Positions 25,331-37,869 of a stretch of 64,000 nucleotides of DNA are shown piece by piece. A model generated the notes under the pieces. It made no database searches. It was not told the origin of the DNA and saw only the letters and a program-made list of their open reading frames with translations. Within the stretch, counting starts at the first letter, position 1, and each line of letters begins with the position of its first letter. Made by a program: the position numbers and the translations under genes. Origin of the DNA: the human T2T-CHM13v2.0 reference genome, Homo sapiens; NCBI RefSeq assembly GCF_009914755.1, contig NC_060931.1, one strand, 5' to 3'.

Positions 25331-26959
25331 TGAGAAAATGAGAGTGATTATTTTTATTAGTAGGAAACCACATGTTGAGTCAGGAAAAAACATTAGGTTG
25401 TTTTGCGTATCATATTATTCAGTCATAAAATGCAAGTAATTTCCATGTTTATGAATTAAATATGAAGATTGTTTAAATGCTCTTTAAAGTATAATTATTT
25501 TCAAAAGCTTAAATTGTATGAGGAGTTTTTCTAAACCAAATACATTTAATGATTACCTACAAATATATGGAATAATTAAACTTGAGGATGTGTTTGTTTT
25601 TATAAAGATATAACTGATGACTACACTACACCAAGGATAACAAGACAACAGGGCACAAAAATGGAGAATTAACCTTGCATTGTATTCCATAGAAGCACCA
25701 TCTTTAAGGTAGTAATAGCAGAATTTTTTTTTTCCTTTGTTTTAGGAGATGATAAGGTAGTCACACTGTTTGTTACATTATTTTATCTAGGATCTTGCAA
25801 GTCCAGTTTCAGAACAAAGTGACTAACTGTGTCTATATCATGGAAAGCATGCATCTTTAGCTAGGTGCATCCAAAGATAAACTATCAATATCCTTTAGAA
25901 AAGAGAAAAATTATTGCAGAGTCAAAATGATAGTGATAAATAAGTGACCAAAGGAAAAAGAGAATGAAGAGATAGGACGTTATACATTAAACTAAATAGT
26001 AGCATTATAAAATGTGCTAAATTATTTGGTCCATTATTCACAGTATCTGTTTCCTTGCTTTAAAATAAGTCATATAACAGCTGTAGTAATACATAAGTCT
26101 TTTTACAACTGAATACTTAAATGGATCTTAATACTTGGTGTATGTGAGTTATTCATAATATTGTCTGAGAGTTAAGGGGAAACCCCAGGAAATCTCCTTT
26201 GATTATCCTCTGGGGTGGAAGAAGTTTTTCTTCTTTTCAAAAATAGAGCAATAGTTAAATTTGAATATTAATATTACTAGCCTCCATGTGCCTCCACCAC
26301 ACTTTGGATAGGGATTTTTTTTTTAACTGCTCTGTCCCTTCATATGTGTTGTAGGTAACTACTAAGTCCTTTGGGCAATGTTTTTTTTCCCAATAACTTC
26401 ACTCTTCCTTTTTTCTTTTTCATTCTGCTTTCTCATTACTCTTTTTCCATCTGGCCCAGTAATGTTGATGGTTTTTTTTCTTGCTTAAAAATAATACAAC
26501 TCCAACCTTTGTTACACCTTTTAAAAAAAATATTATACTCTGGAATGGAGATATAAGAATGGGAATCATGAGTAAAGATAATTTACCTTTCAAAGAAAAT
26601 TTGTCCAATTTGGTGTTTGGCTAAATAGAATATCATCTAAAATTTCAAAAGTGTATTATTCTACTTCCCTAGGACATAGTGTCTTTGGTCAGTGTTTGCT
26701 TTGAACAGTATGTATTTCTTTTCATCAGTCAAAATATGGTAATTTGGTGAAATTTGGTACTCAACAAATAAATGGCAGTTATAAACAAAATGCTGTTTCT
26801 CATCAGAGCAATGAAAAATTATCAAGTTTTTTGTTGTCAAGAGTAAAATAAGGTTTGCTGACTCATTTGGGTATGTTAAGTATAAGGCCTATGACATGCA
26901 TCATGTTATCAATCCCAATTTATAGATATAAAATATATGACTATATTATTTTTCCTGTT

Positions 26960-27343
26960 TCCCCTGCAATTTAAATTGATCTTTTTAATATTTACCAGTT
27001 TGATAAATATTAAATGTAACTCATTGTTACTTTAATTTACATTCCTTTCAATATTGTATTTAAATATATCTTTTTTATTATTCATTTGGTTTAACTCTTC
27101 TACAGGTTGCCTATTCATATATTCTGTCAATTTTCTCTTTGTCTTTTTATAAACTAATGAGTTCATTATTATTATAGTTTTCCATTTTTTTCAAAATTGC
27201 TTATTCATGTATTCTGTAAACTTTTTCTTGCTTTGTTTTTTAATAAAGTAATGAGTTTCTTATCCTTATAGTTTTCAATTTTTAAGTTTTTTTCAATCTG
27301 CAATGCCATCTCTATCTTATATCATAGAGATACATGTGCATCA
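26960..27343 (-). mobile_element. Old L1ME-like fragment containing a ~90-bp tandem duplication
   Basis: CTCATTGTTACTTTAATTTACATT; duplicated units start at 27107 and 27197. Confidence 0.55.
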
Positions 27344-28399
27344 AAAATATACATCTTCCAGAACATCACTTACTATGATGACATTTATTGTGTGATTTGT
27401 CTTCTGCACACTGTCATCCCATAGAACACAATGAGCTGTGCCTTTTGCAGTTTCCTAGGCTAATGATGTTTAAGTATGTTGACAATTGGGCTGAGCTTTA
27501 AGTACCAAATATAGAATCACCATGTGAATAAAGAGGTCCAAAGAAAAAATAAGCAACAGGATTACAATAGGCTGTCAAGAAAATGTGAGTCCTGGGGACA
27601 AATACAATATTTTTTAAAGTGAGTTAATGCATATGCATACAGGCACATATACATTTCATACACGCACACACACGTGCGTGCACATATAAATAGGTATACA
27701 TAAGTATGACACCTAACAATGATCATGTATAGCACAAACTTCAATTTTTGGAGTAAAAAATACCCTGTGATTTCCAAAAATAAAACCTTACATTTTGAGA
27801 GAAATGTCTTCATATTCTGAGCAATAATTACCAAATGAGGACAATCCTGCACAGAGGCCTAGGAGACTTATGCATAAAAATGAAAAGTTTCACATCTCAC
27901 AAAACTTAAGTATGCATATGGAGAAAGAAAAAGGGAATAAAAATATTTTCTCGTGTATTTCTTGGGAAATTGGGGGTACAAAAGAGAGAGGGAAAATTCT
28001 AAATGTCTGAAGTCTATACATTGGTACCTTTAGAATTTCAGAAAAAAAGATAATGTATTACTTAGTCAAAGGAATGTAGTGAAATTAAAATCAAAGACAC
28101 TAGAACTAGCCAGATGATTTTTTACTTAAATCCCACTTAACTGAAAGCAAGTAGATGATGTCATCAATGTTAAATGAATCAAGAGCATATACATGTTGTT
28201 TCTAAAAAAGCACCATACATTCACTCCAGATATGATTATGGTTAGAATGTTCTTCAACTTTGGCAGCACCTGATGTGAGATACTTAATTTTTGCCTCTGG
28301 GAAGGTTTGTAACACATCAGTGTAGCTAGATTTGAAATTTATGATGAATAATGATGTTGAGTGACGTATCATAAGGTTATTGGCCAATTGAATTCCTTT

Positions 28400-28924
28400 C
28401 CTTGATGCAGGAAATTTTTATTTTTAGTATGTTGTTCATGTTACACTGGTTTGTCTTGTCATTTCCTTGTTGACTTACAAAATTTCTCTACACATTTGTT
28501 GCTTGTCTTTTTAGTCTCTTCATGATGTACGTACAAAATTTTACAATTTCTTGATGCTTACATTTATCAATGCTTTATTTTATGATTAGTGCTTTTTGTG
28601 TCTCATTTAAGCAATTTTCTACCGTAAAGTCATAAAGATATTTTCCTACATGTTTTAAAAATTCTGTAGTTGTCTTTCACATTTAATTTTTAATATATAT
28701 GTAGAATTGACTTTGTGCATAATGTAAAATTGTGGCCTACAATGAGTTCCTTTCTTTCTTTTTTCCTTCGTTTTTACTTTTCTCCCTTCCTTTTTTTCCT
28801 TCTTCTTTCATTTTTCTTTCTTCTTTGTCTATATGGATACCCACTGCTCCTTATTTATTGACATAGTTCCCTTTCCTCCTCTGATGTGCAGTGTCATCTC
28901 TGTCTTATATCATGAGGATACATG
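28400..28924 (-). mobile_element. Old L1ME-like ORF2 fragment
   Basis: TTTATCAATGCTTTATTTTATGATTAGTGCTTTTTGTGTCTCATTTAAG...GTCATAAAGATATTTTCCTA...ATGGATACCCA. Confidence 0.65.
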
Positions 28925-29260
28925 TGTATCAGTCAAGATCCAGTCAGTAGACAGGAATCTCATGATAACATGAAGAGAGAAAGTTTAACATAAAGAACTA
29001 ATAACATGGGATTAGAAAAATAGTTATTTGTCAGTGAGATATAAAGATGAACTTAAAGAATACAGAAACTGCATGTATAAGGAGGAGCTACTACCTATAG
29101 GGCTGAGATAGAGTATCCGAGGAAGACCCCAACCCCACTCCTCCACTAAAAGACTGAGATCGAACTGTATTGGAGAGGGCCTGGATTTGGCTCATGGATA
29201 GTGGAGAGGTGCCATGCTGGACTCCCTGGTGATTGTCCCTCTGGACTGCACATCCCTGTG
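28925..29260 (-). mobile_element. Old ERVL-type LTR fragment (LTR33/LTR41-like; uncertain)
   Basis: TGTATCAGTCAAGATCCAGTCAG...GAAAGTTTAACATAAAGAA...CTACTACCTATAGGGCTGAGATAGAG. Confidence 0.6.
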
Positions 29261-29769
29261 GTCATGCATTTTGAATTGTGGTAGCGTAATATATACATGC
29301 TTTCTGCAGTTAGCATTTAATCTGACTTGAAAATAAAGTTGTTTGCATAATGTAGCTTTGTAGTATTCAGAACTACAAAAACAAGCTCAACAGAGAAATT
29401 CTACAATGTGCTCCTAAGTATGACCTAAAATAATAAACTTACATACATCTGTGAAGTTTTAAATAATACCAGTGAATTTATACATAAAACATACCCATAT
29501 AAAGCTCATATAGATGAGCGATATATTGGGAAATAACTGGTGCACAGGAGCAGCAGGATAAAATGTAGAGCAACCAAGTAGATACTTATTAGTATCCTTT
29601 TTATTACACTTATTATCTGTTTTGTAACATAAAACTAGTCATAAAGCAGTTTATACATAATACAACCTGATGTGTAATACAGAATAGCACTCATGAAAAT
29701 TCAGCATCAAAATAGAAACCACTGGATGCACCTTCTAAGATGGTGGTGTCTGGGGCCAGTAGGTTTATG

Positions 29770-30125
29770 GTGGACATGTGAGAAGTTGTCAAATACTGGA
29801 TGAATTTTGAAATAGTAGGGACAGAATTTGCTAATGAAGTTTGATGCATAATGTGAAAGCAAGAGAAATCTAGGATGACTTTCAGATTGGGGTGTGAAAA
29901 ATTAGAAGAATATAGTTACCTTTGACTGAGATAAAAAAGAAAAATAAGTAGGGAGTATGGGGTAGGAGCAGGGATTGAGGATTTGAGCTTTGCAAATGCT
30001 CAGTTTGAGATGCGTCCTACAAACTATGAAAGAGGCAATTGAATACATGTGATTGGAAATCAGGGGAAGGATATTAGGTGGATAAATAAATTTGAGAATC
30101 CTCAGAGAATGAATGTGAAAATACA
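29770..30125 (-). mobile_element. L2 fragment
   Basis: ACAGAATTTGCTAATGAA...AGGATGACTTTCAGATT...AGTTTGAGATGCG...ATAAATTTGAGAATC. Confidence 0.7.
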
Positions 30126-31319
30126 TGGTACCTGCTTTGTGGATAAATGTTTAGAACATTCTGTGAAATATTTTAGTCTTTGGCTCTCATATATTGTTAA
30201 ATAATTTTTGGAAGATTCTAGAGTTTTTAATGAAGAGTTAGGACAAGATTAACTTCTCTTATTATAGAGAGCATTTTAGGAACATCTAGGTACAGCAGTA
30301 AGGCTAGACTTAAGAATTACAAAGAGGCATGGCGTATTCCTAGTGAAATTACAGCTGAAAAAAAAGAAAAATTGTGCTGTAAGTGTATATAGATAAATTT
30401 TACTATAGCTTTTACAACCGAAGATCACTATATAATGCTCAGTATACCATGAAAAAGCGATTTGCTTATACATAAGATTGATACTGTTTTTAGAATGCTT
30501 TGACTATCGAGATCTTGTTTTAATCAAGAACAATAAAAATTTTAGATGTGCATGAAGATTATCTTACTTTCACTGAATTTAAATGTTTATTTGTTGTGTT
30601 CAATTACATTGAATTAGCAAAATGTATTTGTAAGTATTAGGCTTTGGGCAAAGCAATGACATTTAAGGAAACATAATAATAAAAATAGAGAGAATATTCC
30701 TAACTGTATAGCCAGTTATAGATTTTTAAAACTGTATTTTGTAATAGCTCATGCAAGGGAACTTTTATCAGGATTTGAAAATAATTGCCTATGAAATACT
30801 CATACATCACTCCCTGTGAATTTAGGAATCCAAGGGATTCTACATGTTACTTCTCTGTCTAAATAATTTTTAAAATCGGGTGTTACCACTCCAGTTAGTC
30901 TCTTATTTTCAAGAACTCATCTTGAAGATGTGCATAAAAATTCACTTGTCATTTTCTGTCTTCAAAAAGAAGCAGTTTGTGTGGCTTGCCAGACACATTT
31001 TTTTTTCTGCAAGTGACATTACAAAAGGATAAAGTTGAGGTTTTATGTACTAATTGGGTTGTAATTAGTTTGGTAAGAAAAGTAGTAGTAAATAAAGGTA
31101 ACAGTAGGATTTAGATTGTGTTAGACCATAGTTGCCAGTTTATTTAATCTTATTTTGTATGTGTTGAGGGACAACTGAAGTTAGGAACAAGAATGCAATG
31201 CATAATAAGAAACATCTTGGGAAATTTATCCCAGTGCCAGTTATAAAATCAATCAGAATAGAAGGTATTTTCTCATCACACCAGTGTCTAACTTTGCAAT
31301 CTTTCTATGAAGAATTAAA

Positions 31320-32100
31320 ATCCTTACCAACAATTATTTATGTACTTCTAAACACTGGGCAATATACCATGTGTTTGGAGAAATAAAACAAAAATTGTCT
31401 AAATGTCTTCTAACCTTAAAGGGTTTGTGGTGTTATGAAACAATAGGAAGTAAATCAGAAAAGATAAATGTGATAGTAAGAAGATGCTGAGCATCATGAG
31501 AGTGATTAGGCAATTAAAAAAGAGGAAGTGCTTACGAAAATTTGAAAAAGATTTGTGTAACCTTTGAAACTGCTTATGTAGAACAAGATAATGACTTGAT
31601 AGATGGGGTAAAAGTGCTGAGAATATTACACATGGGAAAAAGCATGCATAAAAGTCTATACATTAAATCGAATGTGAGAAGACCAATAAACCAATTTGTC
31701 TAAAGTGTAGTGTCACATAGAAAAGTAATAGTAAATAAGAATAAATGAGAGTAAGTGAAGGACTTTGATTGTGACAGACCATGATTGCTGGTTTATCTGG
31801 ATCTCATTTTGTTTGTGTTGAGGATCCACTGAAGATTTTTGGAAGAAAGATACAATGCCTAAAAAACAGAATCTTAAGAAGTTTAGTGTAGTACAAGTTA
31901 TAGGGTCAATGAGGTACCAGCTAGAAGTGAAGGACTTCAGGTATAAAGCAAAATGGGAAGCTTAAGCCTACATTCAAGATAAATGGTGGTGAAAATGCAG
32001 AGAAAAAAAACAAAATCAAGAGGAAAAATGAAAGCAAATTTAATATAATAAATGAGTGATTAAATTTGGAGAGGAGCATATCAAATATGAATATGATCTA
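31320..32100 (-). mobile_element. Degenerate L2
   Basis: L2-tail-like start CAACAATTATTTATGTAC followed by a purine-rich body (GGATCCACTGAAGATTTTTGG). Confidence 0.5.
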
Positions 32101-32312
32101 GGTGAAATATCCACCACACCGCAAGAAACTGACACTCACAAATTTTCCAGAATCACTTTGGTAATAGAAGCTTATTTCAGGCATGCAGGGGAATATGAGA
32201 TAGAAAACAGTACTCTTTCTAGCCATCTAAGTAGGTTTGTGTGCTTGTGGTGTTCTGTGAACTTCATGGAAAAACCAACATAATAATACCACATCTTAAA
32301 TTCTTTTGGTTT

Positions 32313-32515
32313 TAGACAGTTTTAACATGAAGTTAATGAGGCTTACTATTCACTCTTTCTCAGTTTAACTGTCCTTTTAATGAGCCCTGCACATACTTTT
32401 GAGTTTACAAATTCACATATTCAAATATATTTTACAAATTGATTTACAAATCTACATATTCTCTTAAAGATCCCCACAGATTGTATCAGTTTTAGACCAA
32501 CCAAAACCTGAGGTT
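32313..32515 (+). mobile_element. MER53-like MITE
   Basis: TGAAGTTAATGAGGCTTA...CTTAAAGATCCCCACAGATTGTATCAGTTTTAG...CAAAACCTG; internal TTTACAAAT repeats. Confidence 0.6.
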
Positions 32516-33099
32516 TTACAGCACAAGTGGTAGGAATTAATGCAGAAAATATTTTTCTATTTCATCAAAAGCATCAAGGGACATAGCAAGTGCTTGCAGC
32601 ATTAAAGACTTCTGCATCCTATCTAGTATAGATGATTAAGAGAATGATTTAAGTGTGGAAGTTCAGTGACTGGGTTTGGTGGTGCATTAGTTTTGATTGA
32701 TGTATTTTGGCATGGAGAATGTAAGAAGATAGGCACCATATGGCAAAGGGTAATAACCTACAGAAACACAAGAGAAAGGCCAGGACAGCTCATCTATGTA
32801 CTGCTGTGCTTGGCTTGTGTTCAGAACTGTCTATATAAGTGATTGGTCACTCAAGCATATTCTGATTTGAAAGAGACATCCTGACAAAGACAGGCACTAG
32901 GTTAGGCACATGATCTTAAATAGAATCTTAAAAAAAAACTTGACTTACTTTTGCTCATTAAAATTTTTCATTTGAATTTGAAACTTGAATTCTGGAACCT
33001 CTAGGTGTTTGGTTATCCCAGAAGAGTTTATTGAGAAGCCTGGTTCAAGGGTATCTTTGATATTTCCAAGAGATAGTCTCCAAGGGGAGCAGTATTCCC

Positions 33100-34170
33100 T
33101 TTTATTAAAAAAAGAATCCTTCCATCTGTGCTCATCAGCCTACACCCTTCCATTCCCATGAGGATATTATTAAGATTGGTGCTCTCCCCAATGTATTTAA
33201 CTTTTTTCTTGCTGGTGACTTCTTAAAAAAGCATTTAAGGATCTCAACATCTTTCCTACATATAAAAAAATTATCTCTGTTATCTACTTCTTCCCATGAC
33301 TACTTTCTCATCTATCACCTCTCCTACTTCATTAAATCCTTCCTCATTTTTATGTCAGAACCTCAAAGAAAGAGTCAGTAGTGGCCACCTGTTTCTGCAC
33401 CTCTTACTCCTATATTCCCATGAACTGCCTTCACACTTAAGCCACTACCACTCCACTGGGATCACACTGACCAGTGCCATTGATGACCTCATTATTTAAT
33501 CCATCCAGTAGAGTCTTTCCAGGTCTCTATTTTTTATATCTGCATTGTTTGACAACATTGACGACTTTTTTTTCTTAAATATTACTTATTCTGTTGGTTT
33601 TCATTGATTTCACTCAGTCGTTCTCTTCTGGTTCATTCTTCACAGTATTTTTGTAAGTCATTCACTCGCTGTCTACGCTTATAGGTTGTGGTCTTCAAAA
33701 TTATTTTCATTTTAATGTTTTTCTTGCTCTCCATACATATTTGAAGTGGGCAATGATATTCAACACCATGCAGTTTATTATAAAACTCTAAATGGCTACG
33801 CTTGCCACTTTTTACCCTGTGTATTGACCTCACATGAGCTTGATCTCTTCTTGTCCTTCATCTCAAATCCAATAATATCCACTTGATCATTAAGGTTTTT
33901 AAAATTTATTCCCAAAATATTTTACCAGTGGTTTTTGTCTCCTTTCCTACATCACCATTTCATTATCACCACTGTAAAATAAGTCCCTGTCAGATCTCCT
34001 AGTCTTTCCTGACTTAACCTTTTAATCTACAGTCTATGTTATAGCCATGTTTATAAGCCTAAATATAATACCTTACCCCTGTGCTTAAAAAGCTTTTATA
34101 TCTGTCCCCACCATTTACAGAACATATCTTTAGTGTGACCCAGTGGGTAATACCCTTCACAATTTAATCC
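33100..34170 (+). mobile_element. Degenerate L2
   Basis: CACTACCACTCCACTGGGATCACACTGACCAGTG...ATGACCTC...TTTGACAACATTGACGAC...CCCCTGTGCTTAAAA. Confidence 0.6.
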
Positions 34171-34192
34171 TAATCTAAAATTTCAAGGCATA

Positions 34193-34194
<2 letters not shown>

Positions 34195-34228
<34 letters not shown>
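34195..34228. repeat. (TG)n microsatellite
   Basis: ~17 perfect units. Confidence 0.98.
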
Positions 34229-34231
<3 letters not shown>

Positions 34232-35814
34232 ACATAAATATAATACCCTCAACACACGTGGCCATTAATGCAATTTTGTTGACGTTAAGAATCCTGATAG
34301 GATGGATTCACAGAATCATAAAATCATAGAACATTAATCCTAATATAATCCAGACAAAAATTAATACTCAGAGAACTAATCAGTTGTTTAAGTGCATAAA
34401 ATTTGTTATTGACAGAACAAGAACAAAAGCCATAGTCTAACACATTTGGAGCCATTAGCCTCCTTCTCTGCAATGCAAATACATCCTACAAATCTACAGA
34501 CTTAGGGCATCAATACATTGGTAAACAGAAACTACCAACTGGTTATATTTATTCAATTGTTACTTGGTAATTGTCAACCCCTTGTTTTGTACATCTGGCT
34601 ACCATCCAAATTCCAACTGGGATTCTCTAAAAATCTTCACAGGTAGCTTATCAATTTTTTTGTTATTTGACTTTCAATCAAAGATGAGTTGTTGTCTGAT
34701 TGTTATTTTATACTGAGGTACTAGATATTTATCAATATTAACTTCTTAAGGACCAGTAATAGGGAAATTCATGCTAATTATAAAACATTTTAGTATTAAG
34801 AATTATAGTGAGAAAAAAGAGAACTATTATTTCTTTCTTCTCACCATTCTCTTCTAGCAAATGACACTATCTCTTCAAGATAGAATCACCATAAATTTTC
34901 ATATATTTTCAAAATATCTTTACTTTTGTTCCATTTATTAATAGTTAAGGATTATTTGGTTGTGTTGACATGGAAAACCAAAACTTGATTAAGTCTGTTA
35001 GTTATAAGAAATATTAGAGATTTGTTTTCATCATTCATTTTTATAATAATAGGAAGAAGTATAACTAAAAGATTTGTTATAACTTTGTGAATGACTTCTT
35101 ATGGTAATCAGGTATAGAGAAGGCAGTCTCCTTATTTCCTTGGCATGGGAAATGGCATATGGCTGATACAATTTCCTAGTCTTATTTGAAACAATGGAAT
35201 ACCATTTTTAAAGTTGCCCATGAAATAGGCTGGAGGGACACATCCTGTCATCAGAGATTTAAATGAATTTTTAAAAATAGTGTTAGTGAACCACATAGTT
35301 TCTTTTAAAACATTTCACAAAAAGTAATTGACTTTTTCTTTCCCTACTTGCTTATTAGGGAGTTGATAGATATCAGAATCACTGTGCTTTGAATACTGGC
35401 ATATATTATGAAATTTGGTTAACAAAGCTTTGATAGTTAAAGGGTCATTCTTTTGAAACAGTTAATAACTGATGGGCATAGTCCTCAAAGTGTTGTTTTC
35501 CTTGAATGGATTATGCATTTTGGAACTCATTGCTTTTTAATTTAGAATTTGAAATTAACTCATATCATAGCCATTATTGCAGGAAATGACCACCTGCCAT
35601 CCCCATATGTTGGCTTTAATTATGAATATTTCCTCCATTCTATAGAAGATCAAACGAGGACCAACATTTTATGAAACATATTTAAGCAAATAATATCTTA
35701 TTATGAGGAGTTTCACAGCAAATAAATAAATAAATAAGATGACTTGTGAAAAAAGTAATGTTAGAGACATAGCAGATGGTTCATAGTAAGAGGTTTGTTA
35801 AGTTAGTTACATGA

Positions 35815-36008
35815 AGCTATGAGAACGCAAAGGCATGAGAGTGATACATTGGATTCTGAGGACTTGGGAAATAGTGGGAGGGGGTGAGGATAAAGACTAA
35901 TTGGGTACAGTGTACACTGCTCAGGTGATAGGTGCACCAAAATCTCAGAAATCACCACTAAAGAGCTTATTCATGTAACCAAAAAAAAAAAAACCCCACT
36001 TAAAAAAA
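35815..36008 (+). mobile_element. L1PB-type 3'UTR fragment
   Basis: AAGCTATGAGAACGCAAAGGCAT...GGGTACAGTGTACACTGCTCAGGTGAT...CAGAAATCACCACTAAAGAGCTTATTCATGTAACCAAAA. Confidence 0.9.
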
Positions 36009-37869
36009 TCTTTCACAACTCATAATGCTTTATAATAATTTTTTAAGATCCTGCTCATAGCACAGTAGTTCTAGTATATATTTTCATTGGTATTTGCTTG
36101 GTTTGATGGTAATTCTTTTTCTCCCCTCTGTCTGCCTCCCTTTCCATTTTTTCTTCCTTTCTTCCTTCCTTCTTGCTTTGCAATTTACATCAAGCAACAA
36201 TCAGCTTAAATAACAGTTAACTTTAGACAACATTTCTAAGGAAAATTTTATAATCCCCATCTGACCATTTGGTTCCTTATTAGCAGCTCTCATTTTCCTT
36301 TTGGCTTATTCTACAGCAAGCATTAGTATGTTCTTTTTATGTTCCAGATACTTTATAGTTTCTGGAGGTACAAATCATATTAGAACATGGTCCTTTCATT
36401 CAGTGACCTCTCAGTGAAAGGCTAGGAACAGCCCTGTCAATATAAGGTGAGTGTCAAAATCGGGGCACAAACAAGCAATACAGCGGCTACTCTAGTGTGA
36501 AGAACTTACCTGCCTGGAAAGCTCAGGCAAGTAAATTTATTGGAAATAACAGTAAATAATTTTGATGTTGATAAAGTATGGGCAACAACATGAAAGATGC
36601 TTAAGAATTTTCTAGGAAGAGTCATCCTCATGGAGATGGTGGGGATGATTAAACAAATGTGAATTTCCCAAGGTTGACAGTTGTTCTCCTGGGTAACTAA
36701 CCTCTGTCTCATTTGCAGGAAATCACTGTCGTTATTCTCAACCTATATGTCAGCTGAGAATCCTTTCTTAATCTGCCATAGTATATTTTTATTTACAATG
36801 TCTGTCTTTGAAAACTAAAAGTTGTCTTGTACAAGAAAAAGAGTTTCCAGGGTTGTAGAAAACAACATTTTAAAAACTGACTGAAGGCTAAGTGTTTTGC
36901 TTATGCAATTTTATCAAATCCTTTCTACCATATTATTAATATTAGGGAGATTTGTTACAAATGAGTGAACTGAGAGTTAGGTCAAGTAAGTCACATAGTG
37001 AGTAAGAGATTATTCAGAATTTGAAATTAAATTCTATACTCAGCTTCCCTAGAATGAGGAAGATAGTGGAGTACAACCTTTGACTCTTTGCTTTTTTTGT
37101 TCTTTCATTCTTATTAGAATTCAACTGAACCTCCTAGTTCCCATTTTATTTATGGTATTCTCCCATCTCTGTCACTCAAATTCTAACCGATACTTCCAGA
37201 CTCAGACCAAATGCATTTTCTCTAAGAAATCTTTTCTGATTACTTATGACAAAGTATTATTCCTCCTCTGAGTTTCTCAATGATTTGCCTCATTTGCCTA
37301 GTAGCAATTATCAGGGCACTGATTAAATGAATACCTCCGTGAATTCTAATCTCAAAAATTTTAAAAAGAAAAAATACCCACTAAATTTCTATCTGCCTTT
37401 CATCAGTGTCTCTTGGGTACACCAAGCATAGCATTCCTTCCTTCATAGAGCTACAGAAGCCTAATAATATAAAGATGCAGCTTTTATCTCCACGAAGTGA
37501 GACGGATCTGGCTCCTTTACGACAGACCCTGCTTAAAAATAGCACTTTCCAGCAAGTGTTTCTGAAAACACCCAGTAGTGGCAATGATCTTTGTTGCTGT
37601 TTCTAACACTGACATAGACATCTCCACTTTCTCTTGTTTCAGCTTGACAAACATATCTTTATTCCAGTCCCTGAAACTAAAATATTATCTTACTTGTACA
37701 AATAAGTATATCCTGCCACATCTGAGATTTTACTTGTCTGAATATGTTTCCATAGTACAACCTCACATGGAGTTGAAATTTGCAGAATTTCCATTGTTGA
37801 CTATCTGGTCTAAATAGCTTCAACCTATTAAGCAACGTTAAACATTTATAGTGAAAAATAAATATCATA

